Source of the DNA: an uncultured Chloroflexia bacterium
GTDB taxonomy: Bacteria > Chloroflexota > Anaerolineae > CG2-30-64-16
Length of the DNA stretch: 64,000 nucleotides
Direction: 5' to 3'
NCBI GenBank assembly: GCA_963774265.1
Contig: CAVZDU010000001.1
Span: forward strand, 1,184,001-1,248,000
The position numbers and the translations under genes were made by a program. The notes under the pieces are model-generated. The model saw nothing but the letters and a program-made list of their open reading frames with translations, was not told the origin of the DNA and did no database searches. Position 1 is the stretch's first letter. Each line of letters begins with the position of its first letter. Below, piece by piece: positions 13,081 to 21,616 of the stretch.

Positions 13081-13326
13081 ATGCTAACGATCGTCATTTG
13101 TGTGGGTAGTTCTTGTTACGTTCGTGGATCCGAGGATCTGGCCGCGGCCTTCGACCGGCTGATCAGGGAGCGCGACCTGGCCGCGCGGATAGAGTTAACC
13201 GGCGCATTCTGTATGGATCAGTGTTCCATGGGTGTCTCGGTCCGCGTGGGCGACAGGGTGTATGGCGGCGTTGATGCGACGGATCCCGTCGGGTTCTTCG
13301 AGCGTGAAGTGGCGCCGTGTTTATGA
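13081..13326 (+). CDS. Thioredoxin-like [2Fe-2S] ferredoxin (NuoE/HfsA-like)
   Basis: ICVGSSCYVRGS ... FCMDQC..G pattern, 81 aa. Confidence 0.85.
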   Translation: MLTIVICVGSSCYVRGSEDLAAAFDRLIRERDLAARIELTGAFCMDQCSMGVSVRVGDRVYGGVDATDPVGFFEREVAPCL

Positions 13327-13394
13327 ATCCCGACAACGGCCCGCTTATCTCCATTTTGATCGGTAACGCAACAACGCCACCAAAGAGGAAGTGA
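13323..13394 (+). pseudogene. 23-aa mini-ORF, possible deletion scar of a sensory [FeFe]-hydrogenase gene (hfsB position)
   Basis: ATGA overlap with the ferredoxin stop; MNPDNGPLISILIGNATTPPKRK* fills the gap to the phosphatase gene. Identity is inferred from position only. Confidence 0.35.
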
Positions 13395-13398
13395 TTGC

Positions 13399-14559
13399 GT
13401 GGAGCCTATTGTCGAATTTGCCTGGAAAAGCCTGTGCAAGCATGGCGAAGAGTTGTGCGGGGATTGGGCTAAGGTCGTTTCAACTGACGAGGACTTGATT
13501 GTTGTGCTCTCGGATGGGTTGGGCAGTGGGGTGAAGGCCAACATCCTCGCCACGCTCAGCGCCCAGATTGCCGCGGATATGCTGCAAAAGGGCGCGAGCA
13601 TCGATGAAGTGGTCGAGACCCTGGTCGAGACACTGCCGGAGTGCCAGGTGCGCCACCTGGCGTATGCCACTTTTGCGGTCCTGCGCATCCACAAGGCGCG
13701 TGAAGCCTATCTGGCTGAGTATGACAGCCCGCCGCTTTTTCTCATTCGCGGTGGGCAGGTCGTTGGGCCGCCGATGCGTGAACGGGTCATCGCAGGACGA
13801 ACGATTCGAGAAGGGCACTTCACACTGGAGTTGGACGACTACCTCGTGCTCGTGAGCGACGGCTACATCCATGCGGGTGTGGGCGGACTATATCGGATGG
13901 GATGGGGCTGGAACAATATTGGTATCGCAGTGCAGCGTTGGGCCGCGACCAGGGGCGACACGCATCAGTTGGTCCATGCGCTCAGCCGTACGTGCCTGAA
14001 GCTATCCAAGGATACACCGGGCGACGACGCTACGGCGGTGGCTATGTGGGTGCGCCCTCAGCGCAAGGCGACCGTGCTAACGGGTCCACCCGCCGACACG
14101 ACCCGCGATTCTGAGGCGGTGCACAAGTTGATGGCCACCACCGGCGTGAAGGCCATCTGTGGCGGGACCACTGCGCAGATGGCGGCACGCGTATTGGGTA
14201 AACCGCTCAGGGTGGCCTGGCCGCCTGCCCGCCGTGGCGCCGGGCGAAAACTGCCGCCTGCAGGCTTGTTGGAAGGCGTGGACCTGGTAACCGAGGGCAT
14301 TCTCACGCTGAGTTCTGCGGTCGATTGTCTGCGCGATGTGCGAACGGTGCACGACCTATCGAACGATCAGGATGCAGCAACACAGCTGGTCCGTGCGCTG
14401 CTCGGCGCTGACCAGATTCACTTTATTGTCGGTGACGCGATCAACCCACAGCAGCTAGCCGATGTGGTACGCGGGGTGCCGATGCGCCAGATCTATCTGG
14501 ATGAGTTGGTTGCGAAGTTGCGCGAGCGGAATAAGACAGTGACAGTGGAGCATCTGTGA
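13399..14559 (+). CDS. SpoIIE/PP2C-type serine phosphatase (HfsC-like)
   Basis: KHGEELCGD, VLSDGLGSGVKANILATL, TLPECQVR.LAYATF, VSDG, PGDDAT, ICGGTTA, DLVTEGILTL. Confidence 0.88.
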   Translation: MEPIVEFAWKSLCKHGEELCGDWAKVVSTDEDLIVVLSDGLGSGVKANILATLSAQIAADMLQKGASIDEVVETLVETLPECQVRHLAYATFAVLRIHKAREAYLAEYDSPPLFLIRGGQVVGPPMRERVIAGRTIREGHFTLELDDYLVLVSDGYIHAGVGGLYRMGWGWNNIGIAVQRWAATRGDTHQLVHALSRTCLKLSKDTPGDDATAVAMWVRPQRKATVLTGPPADTTRDSEAVHKLMATTGVKAICGGTTAQMAARVLGKPLRVAWPPARRGAGRKLPPAGLLEGVDLVTEGILTLSSAVDCLRDVRTVHDLSNDQDAATQLVRALLGADQIHFIVGDAINPQQLADVVRGVPMRQIYLDELVAKLRERNKTVTVEHL

Positions 14560-14595
14560 TTGGATGTCGTAGAGGATGATCGAGTGAGGAAGGCA

Positions 14596-14949
14596 ATGGA
14601 TCCCGAGTTTCTTGTGGTCCTGGTGACCGTTTCTGACGCGGACACGGGGGTCCAACTCGGCCGGCAGCTCGTCGAAGAGCATCTGGCGGCATGCGTGCAG
14701 GTGATGCCGGTTGGCACGGCAATCTACCGGTGGCAGGGAGAACTCTATGTGGAACCCCAAGCGCAGGTGCTCATCAAGACACGGAAGACCTTGTGGGAGA
14801 GTCTGCGCGCCCGTGTGGTCGAGCTTCACCCCGACCAGGTCCCGGAGATCCTCGCACTGCCGATCGTAGATGGTCTTCCTGCGTATCTGGGCTGGCTGCG
14901 CGAGTCAACTGGGGCGCCTGACGCTTCCAATGAGTCCCTATCGCAGTGA
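14596..14949 (+). CDS. cutA: Divalent-cation tolerance protein CutA
   Basis: LVEEHLAACVQ, YRWQG, LIKT, HPDQVPEILALP, YLGWL. Confidence 0.9.
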   Translation: MDPEFLVVLVTVSDADTGVQLGRQLVEEHLAACVQVMPVGTAIYRWQGELYVEPQAQVLIKTRKTLWESLRARVVELHPDQVPEILALPIVDGLPAYLGWLRESTGAPDASNESLSQ

Positions 14950-14991
14950 TCCGGTGCGTGCGTGGCACTGGACGCGCATTTGAGGGCAACG

Positions 14992-15026
14992 AAAACCGGG
15001 CCCCGCTGTATGGGAGGCCCGGTTTT
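14992..15026. terminator. Bidirectional intrinsic terminator
   Basis: AAAACCGGGCC...GGCCCGGTTTT between convergent genes. Confidence 0.8.
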
Positions 15027-15040
15027 GAGTTGTGTGATCT

Positions 15041-15451
15041 TTACTTCAGCGACAACAGGTAGGCCACAAGATCGTTGAGTTGAGTGTCGCTTACGACACC
15101 TTTGAAAACTGGCATCACCCCTACCGCATATCCCTTGGGCGCATGCGAGTTCGGATCAACGATGGAATTGCGGATGTACTGCTCGGCCGACTGGCCCTGA
15201 ACCTCTTTACCAGCGCGCGCCCCGATGCCCTGCAGAGATGGCCCAACCAGCTTGGAACCATCCAGCGAGTGGCAAGTGACGCACCCCACATTAGCGCCGA
15301 TCGTCTGTTGCGCAAATAGCGCCTTGCCGGCGTTCACGTCGCCGGCCCCACCGGTGCTTCCGGTCGGTGTAGTCGTGCTGCTGCCACCACCGCAAGCCGC
15401 CAACAGGGCCATGCCGACTACCAGCACCACCAACAGATAACGTGTCCTCAT
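15041..15451 (-). CDS. Monoheme cytochrome c lipoprotein
   Basis: Lipobox LAAC, CVTCH heme motif, GPSL, distal Met in GVMP. Confidence 0.9.
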   Translation of the reverse strand: MRTRYLLVVLVVGMALLAACGGGSSTTTPTGSTGGAGDVNAGKALFAQQTIGANVGCVTCHSLDGSKLVGPSLQGIGARAGKEVQGQSAEQYIRNSIVDPNSHAPKGYAVGVMPVFKGVVSDTQLNDLVAYLLSLK

Positions 15452-15555
15452 AGGTTTCTCCTTAACTGACTTGATGCGCCTTCAAACGCGAATAGGACCC
15501 ACTCATTATCCCACTATTCAGGTCGAAGGCCAGTGAGTTGCTATCCAAAGAGCAT

Positions 15556-16743
15556 TTACGGCTGCAGGTTCGCCTGGATTACGCCGCGCACACCGTTTAT
15601 CAACCAATCCGGATCCTCCGCAGCGGCCTGCTCAGCCTGACCTGGGGCGAGGCCAACAATCAACTGTGACTTGAAGGTGCGCAGCGCAACGAGAGAGGCT
15701 GGAAAATAGGCTGTGGTTTCGACGAAAGACGTTGTGGGCGGCCAGTGCGCGTCGCCGACCAGTCGCCGGTAGTTGGCGTCGCCCTTGATGATGACCAGGT
15801 CCAGCCTACCAAGCGCTGTGCGGAGGTCCGCGGGCATCTCCTCGAAGAACAAGGACGAGCAGTAGAAGGCATGCGTTTGCGGCTGCAGATCGCCCGCAGC
15901 CACGTGGGCATCGATTCGGCGGCCCAGCCGCGCGGCCAGTCCGCCCGCTTCGATGAGCGCATCCGTCCCGGCAGCCAGATCGGGGATCATCGCATCGGAC
16001 ACGTAGAACGGCTGGGGCTTCAGGTGCAGGTGGATCTCGGAGGCCAGGTCAGTGCTCAGAAGGAAGTCGGCCAATGCGGCATCCATCAGCAGCTCCGTGC
16101 CCGCGTTATCAGCGATGATGCCGATGCGGCCGCCTTCATGGGCCAGGACGTGTGCCCAGACCGCCGCCCAATCATCGACCGGGAGATTCGCTCGCTCCTG
16201 GTCGGGCGCGGCCGTCGCCCCCAGATCCGCGGCCACCGTATAGCTCAGGTCCGTCCGATTGCCCCACAAACTAGCGTGGAGCAACTGCTCGAAGCGGGTC
16301 TCCATATCGCCGGACAAATTGGCCAGCAGCCGCGCGACCGCCGCAGGCGCGACGTCGCGCGCCCACTCTTTGCGCTTCGTGCTCGCGAATGGATCGAACC
16401 CGTGGAGCGGACCAGGGCCGAAGTAGCCGGTGGCCTCAAGGACGCGGCGGTAGAAATAAGCCTCCGCCCAATGCCACGGGACATCGAGCCATGTGCGGCC
16501 AAAATAGGGTGCGGAGCGCGTGTTCCAGTCGACCGCATCCGCTGACGCCTGTCGCAGTGGACGGATCCGCCCACCAATGAGTTCGGCGTGGAGGGCCTCC
16601 AATTCCTGGAGGACATCGGCCGGAAAGTCATTGGCTGCGATCATGTCTCGCAAGATGCGCGGGACACGCACCTTGAGCGTGTTGTGGGCGAATGTGCCGG
16701 CCTCGGAAGTCAGCAGAAGGGGCGGTCGATCGGGCCGGCTCAT
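15556..16743 (-). CDS. DUF89/ARMT1-family damage-control phosphatase
   Basis: PWHWAEAYFYRR, LWGNRTDLS, DNAGTEL, FYVSD, KGDANYRRL, RTFKS. Confidence 0.9.
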   Translation of the reverse strand: MSRPDRPPLLLTSEAGTFAHNTLKVRVPRILRDMIAANDFPADVLQELEALHAELIGGRIRPLRQASADAVDWNTRSAPYFGRTWLDVPWHWAEAYFYRRVLEATGYFGPGPLHGFDPFASTKRKEWARDVAPAAVARLLANLSGDMETRFEQLLHASLWGNRTDLSYTVAADLGATAAPDQERANLPVDDWAAVWAHVLAHEGGRIGIIADNAGTELLMDAALADFLLSTDLASEIHLHLKPQPFYVSDAMIPDLAAGTDALIEAGGLAARLGRRIDAHVAAGDLQPQTHAFYCSSLFFEEMPADLRTALGRLDLVIIKGDANYRRLVGDAHWPPTTSFVETTAYFPASLVALRTFKSQLIVGLAPGQAEQAAAEDPDWLINGVRGVIQANLQP

Positions 16744-16744
16744 G

Positions 16745-17683
16745 TCATCTCACCTCCTCCAGGAGCTCGCGCATTTCCAGCGGCACACCTTTGCGCTCAT
16801 CGCGGACGAGGTTCAGCGCGCCCTGCCCGCATTTGTCGACGCACACGCCGCATCCCATGCACGCTTCCCAGTCTACCTGCGAGCGTCCATCCACCAGATC
16901 GAGCGCACGGAACTGGCACGTGTCAACGCACTCGCCACAGCCTATGCACAGATCAACGTCGGCCTGGCTGACATAGCCCGAGGAAGCCAGCATCGGCACA
17001 CCGTTGAAATGAGCGTGCATCGCACCACAGCAGCACTCGCAGCAGTTGCAGATGGCGTAGAAGCGGCCCAGCATGGCGTCCTTGAAGAACGCGTGATGGA
17101 CATGTCCACGTTCGTGTTCTTCGCTCAGGATTTGTGCCGCCTCGTCCCCGTCGATCCGGCGCGACCGCTGCGGCTGATGCTCCGTGATGAAGCTGGCGAA
17201 CGGCTCCCCGACGATCAGGCACACGTCCAGTGGCTGGCAAGGGGTGGGCCGCGCGGTCCGGCAGGGGCATTGCAGGACGACGATGTGATCGGGGTTCTTG
17301 AGGATGATGTTCCGCGCCAGGGCGTAGGGGATGATCTGTTCCAGATCGCCGAGGTCGACATCGCGGCCGACCCGGACGAGCTGCGTGGCGGCCTCCAGCG
17401 TCAGCACCTTGCCGTGATACGTGTCTGCGAAGCCAACGCCCTGCGCGCTCTCTTCGGCAGCCTGGCGCGCCCCTTCCTTGCGGATCAGGCCGTCGATCCA
17501 GGCGATCAGGGGCTTCGCTTTCCTGGCAAGTGGATGCTCGCCTGTGCCGATACCGATATACAGATAGGGCCAACGCGCGTAGACATAGCCGTGGATCAGG
17601 TCGAACAAGGAGTAGCCGCGCGTGCGCCGGGCCTCGCGGATGAATGCCCGGGTGGATGACCGGGGAAGGAGCGGTATGCGCAT
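16745..17683 (-). CDS. 4Fe-4S dicluster protein with extra Cys-rich region
   Basis: CPCR, PLDVC, ICNCCECCC, CIGCGECVDTC and CMGCGVCVDKC. Confidence 0.85.
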   Translation of the reverse strand: MRIPLLPRSSTRAFIREARRTRGYSLFDLIHGYVYARWPYLYIGIGTGEHPLARKAKPLIAWIDGLIRKEGARQAAEESAQGVGFADTYHGKVLTLEAATQLVRVGRDVDLGDLEQIIPYALARNIILKNPDHIVVLQCPCRTARPTPCQPLDVCLIVGEPFASFITEHQPQRSRRIDGDEAAQILSEEHERGHVHHAFFKDAMLGRFYAICNCCECCCGAMHAHFNGVPMLASSGYVSQADVDLCIGCGECVDTCQFRALDLVDGRSQVDWEACMGCGVCVDKCGQGALNLVRDERKGVPLEMRELLEEVR

Positions 17684-17757
17684 GACAGGTCTCCTCGCAG
17701 ACGACGTGCCTGGGTGTTTGCAGGCTGGCAGCTACGCCAGGGTCCGGTCGAGGGCGG

Positions 17758-19228
17758 TCATTGAGCCACGTCGTGACGCCGGAGCGCCCAACGGCTGCCC
17801 CCGATGATGATCGCCACGCCGAGCAAGGTCCCGAAGGCGGCTGCAAGCGGGTCAGCGCGGCAGTGTGTCGGCCGCCCACAGGGCATAGGGCAACAGAAAG
17901 AGAACACCCGCGGCGACACAGATGAGCAAGGGGCGCCATATCCTAGCGGCGCCTTGCTGGAGCAACCTGACCAGGGCGATGACCGTCATGATCAGGAGGA
18001 TGACGCCCAGCACCAGCATCGCACCCAACGTCAGCATCGAGCCGTAGCCGTGGGTCAGCGCAGGCGGGAACAGGCTCACCACAGCCGCCCAGATAGCCCA
18101 CGCCACGACAAGGGCGAAGATCCAAGCGGGCTTGGCCCGGCTGAAAGCGCCGCTCGCCAGTGTGTTGAAACTCAGCAAGGCGAGACCTGCTGCCAGGAGG
18201 ATTTCTCCGACGAGCAACTGGAAGAAATCGAACGCGCCGCTGACCTCAATCGGCCGGTAAGCGCCGACCGCGATCCCTCGCCAGGCGCCACTTGGGTCCT
18301 GCACCAGCACCCCTGCATGGCCCATCGCGAAGATCGCGTTGCCGGTGCGCCGGTCGATCTTTCCATCCATCGGCGTGGGGCGCAGCTCAGCGGAAGAAGA
18401 CGATCGCTGCCGGGTGGCGGCTTCCACCGCCTCGCTCATGCTCTCGATCTGATAGACCGTACGCCAGGTCGCGCCGCCGTCCTCGGAAAGCTCGATACTC
18501 TGGCCGGGCGTGAAGCGGTAGCTGCGCAGCTCATTCCGCGGATCAGTGACCGTGATCGACCTGCCAGCCGCGTCCTGCCAAGGACTGGGGCAGGACACGG
18601 CCGGCGCGTGGGTCGGCAGTTCCCAGGTCAGCCCGCCGTCCGTGCTGAGGTAGCTGCTGTAAGTCGTGTGGGCCAGCACCTCGCCGTCGTGCTCGTCCAG
18701 GCAGTAGATGCCGGGGTCGGGCGCAGGCGAGTTCGCGACGGTCAGCAGGGCTGCCATGACCAGCGCGGCCCAGCCGGGCGCGGCCAGCTCGATCCGACCG
18801 TCCGCGGGTTCCGGGGTTCGCGCCCACAGGATGGCACTGGCGGCCAGGGCGAGCAGCGCAACGAGGTCGGTGGGGTCGCGGCGCCAGCCAACGGAGAAGC
18901 CCAGCACGCGCTCTGCCAGCGTCACAACGGCCTCATGCGCGATGGGCAGGGTCTTGGCGGCCGCGAACACGGCCGCCACCGACCCGAAGGCCAGCCACCC
19001 CACCACTGCGGAGCGCCGCGGGCCGCGGCCGGGCAGCACCAGCGCCACGAGTGCGGCCGCCAGGAGGGGCACGAAGAACAACCAGGCGAAGTCCCCCAGT
19101 TTGCCGGTGAGCGCGGACGGCCAGGCGCGGCGAAGCAGATGATCGTTGATGAGCAACAGGCCGATCGCTGCGAGCGTCGCGGGATGCACTGACAGGCGCA
19201 ATGCTTTGCGGAGCGTCGGATCGTTCAT
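17758..19228 (-). CDS. Multi-pass membrane protein with extracellular Asp-box/BNR region (probable frameshift near 17853)
   Basis: N-terminal NDH..TGKLGDF..RDPTDL membrane domain; STDGGLTW and SEDGGATW Asp-boxes; removing one base at the apparent TGA restores a last TM helix ending at 17758. Confidence 0.65.
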
Positions 19229-19343
19229 GCGGGCATTATAGCATGCGTTGACACAACCCGCCCCCCGGTGCTATCCTCGGCATGCTGGCCAAGCCAGCAG
19301 CACCACGTTGTGGGTGCGATTCAGCCACGAGAGGCCAGCCAGC

Positions 19344-20039
19344 ATGACCGAACCCTCATCCGACCTTGAACGCGTCATGGTCATCGCTGCACACCCCGAT
19401 GATCCTGAGTTCGGGTGTGCGGGTGCAGTATTGAAATGGGCCCAGGCAGGGCGCCATGTCACGTATGTCCTGATCACCAGCGGCGACAAGGGCAGCCACG
19501 ACCCCGACTTGCGGCCGGGGCAACTGGCCGCGCGGCGCGAGGGCGAGCAGCGCGCGGCCGCCGCGGACCTGGGCGTGCGCGAGGTGATCTTCCTGCACAG
19601 GCCGGATGGCCTGCTGGAGAATACGCTCGAGCTGCGCCGCCAGCTGGCAGACCTGGTGCGCCGGCAGCGCCCCCACATCGTCCTGACCATCGACCCGTGG
19701 CGGCACTATCAGCTCCATCCCGATCACCGCGCGGCGGGGCAGGCAGCGCTGGATGCGGTGTGGTCGGCGCGCGAGTGGTACATCTTCCCGGAGCAGCTCG
19801 TCGAGGGCGTGGAGCCGTGGCGAGTGCGGCAGGTCTATCTGTTCTGGACGGATAACCCCGACTATTGGGAGGACATCAGCGGTTGCCTGGATCAGCGCAT
19901 CGCGGCGCTGATGAGGCACATCAGCCAGGTGGGGACGGAGACGGAGAAGCTGGCCGAGAGGGTGCGCCAACGCGCTCGGGAAGCCGGGGAGAAGCCCGGG
20001 TACGCAGCGGCTGAGGCTTTCAAGAGGTTTGAGTTTTGA
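19344..20039 (+). CDS. PIG-L/LmbE family deacetylase
   Basis: AAHPDDPEFG, TSGDKG, RREGEQ, HPDHR, HISQ. Confidence 0.92.
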   Translation: MTEPSSDLERVMVIAAHPDDPEFGCAGAVLKWAQAGRHVTYVLITSGDKGSHDPDLRPGQLAARREGEQRAAAADLGVREVIFLHRPDGLLENTLELRRQLADLVRRQRPHIVLTIDPWRHYQLHPDHRAAGQAALDAVWSAREWYIFPEQLVEGVEPWRVRQVYLFWTDNPDYWEDISGCLDQRIAALMRHISQVGTETEKLAERVRQRAREAGEKPGYAAAEAFKRFEF

Positions 20040-20055
20040 AGGGGGCCGGTTTCTG

Positions 20056-20185
20056 GCCACAGAGAGCGCAGAGGGGCAGCTTGAGGGGGACGATGTTTCG
20101 CCACAGAGAACGCAGAGGTCTCAGAGGGGGTGCAGAGAGCCTACGCGTCCTTTGCGTCCTCTGTGCTCTCCTTGTGCTCTGTGGC
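20056..20185. repeat. Compound GCCACAGAG/CTCTGTGGC palindromic repeat overlapping the start of the glycoside hydrolase
   Basis: GCCACAGAGAGCGCAGAG, GCCACAGAGAACGCAGAG ... CTTTGCGTCCTCTGTG...CTCTGTGGC. Confidence 0.65.
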
Positions 20186-21506
20186 TCGGTCGCTCCGGCC
20201 GCGGCGGAAGGAACGACGCCCGACCCGCGGTTTGGGGTGGTGGAGGCGTTTGTCAACGCGGACGCGGCGACCGAGGCCGGGGTTGGCTACAGCCGCATCA
20301 TCCTGCGTTGGGACGTGATCCAGCCCGATGGCCCGGTGGACTGGAAGCCCGCGAACGTGCCCGACCCGTATGTGGAGGCGGAGCTGGCGGCGGGGCGGGA
20401 GGTCGTCGCGATCCTGATCGGCACGCCGAAGTGGGCCGCGGTGAACCCGGCGGACGAGCGCGCCGCGCCGTGCCCGACATGGACGCGTGGGCCACGTTTG
20501 CCAGGCGCATGGCGCAGCACTACAGGGGGCGGATCAACCACTGGATCATCTGGAACGAGCCGGACGTGTGGGAGGCCGGGCACCCGGGGCAGACGTGGGC
20601 GGGCAGCGTGGAGGACTATGCCCGGCTGCTCAAGACCGCGTACCTGGCGATCAACGATGGGCAGCCCGGGCAATTGGTATACATCGCGGGGTTGACGTAC
20701 TTCTGGGATTGGTCGCACGGCCGGCGACAGTACCTGGACCGCCTGTTGGACTTGTTGGCGGCCGACCCCCAGGCGGCCGAGCACGGCTACTACTTCGACG
20801 GGGTCGTCTACCACCTCTACTTCAAGCCATTGCAGGCGCCCAAGGTGTTGGGCGAGGCGCGGGCTCAGCCTGCAGAAGCACGGCATCAAGGGCAAAGAGC
20901 TATGGGTTAACGAGACAAATGCGCCACCATCAGAGGACAAGCTGGAACTACCATGGTCCAAACCGCGATACCGCGTCTCGCTCGACGAGCAGGCCGCGTT
21001 CGTCATCCAGGAGTTCAGCCTGGCGTTTGCCGCGGGCGCGAGCCGGGTCGAGTTCTACAAGCTACGCAACTCGGCCGACCATCCCGAATCGATCGAGCCT
21101 TATGGGCTGCTGCGGGGCGATGATTCGCGGCGGCCCGCGTTCGACCGCGTTTCAGGTTGCGACGACCTACCTGCGCGACTTTCGCAGCGCGACGCGCGAG
21201 CAGTCGGGCGCGGTCAACGCAGTGACGTTCGACCGGGGGAACGCGACGACCACGGTGGTGTGGACCACGGGGACGACGCGCCTCCGGACCACGGTGCGCG
21301 CAGTGGCCCGCGAGGCGCTGCTGGTGAACGAACGGGGGGAGACGCAGCGGATTCGGGCGCAGGGTGGGGTGTATGTGCTGGACCTGCCCGGCGCAACGTG
21401 CCTGAATCGGACGGAGTGCCTCATCGGCGGGGCGCCGCGGCTGCTGGTGGAGCAGGGGCCACGCGCGGACGGAGGGCGTTCCGGCGTAATGAAGATTGAA
21501 GATTGA
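20093..21506 (+). CDS. Secreted clan GH-A glycoside hydrolase (GH5/GH39-like), several frameshifts
   Basis: DPRFGVVE, RIILRWDVIQP, WIIWNEPD (acid/base), YHLY, LWVNETNAPP (nucleophile), C-terminal beta domain. Confidence 0.75.
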
Positions 21507-21525
21507 AGATTGAAGATTGAAAATT
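21490..21525. repeat. Heptamer tandem repeat (TGAAGAT)x4 plus a degenerate unit
   Basis: TGAAGATTGAAGATTGAAGATTGAAGATTGAAAATT. Confidence 0.85.
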
Positions 21526-21616
21526 GCTGAGCGGGTGTGGAACTTTGGAACCGGGCGAGCGTCTATGAGGTAGTGTCCCAAGGATTTATTGGTACGGTTT
21601 ATTTCGCCCGGGTGGG

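Noticed and set aside
17852-17854. In-frame TGA as selenocysteine or read-through
   Set aside because: The downstream hydrophobic helix is in a different frame, which fits a one-base insertion.
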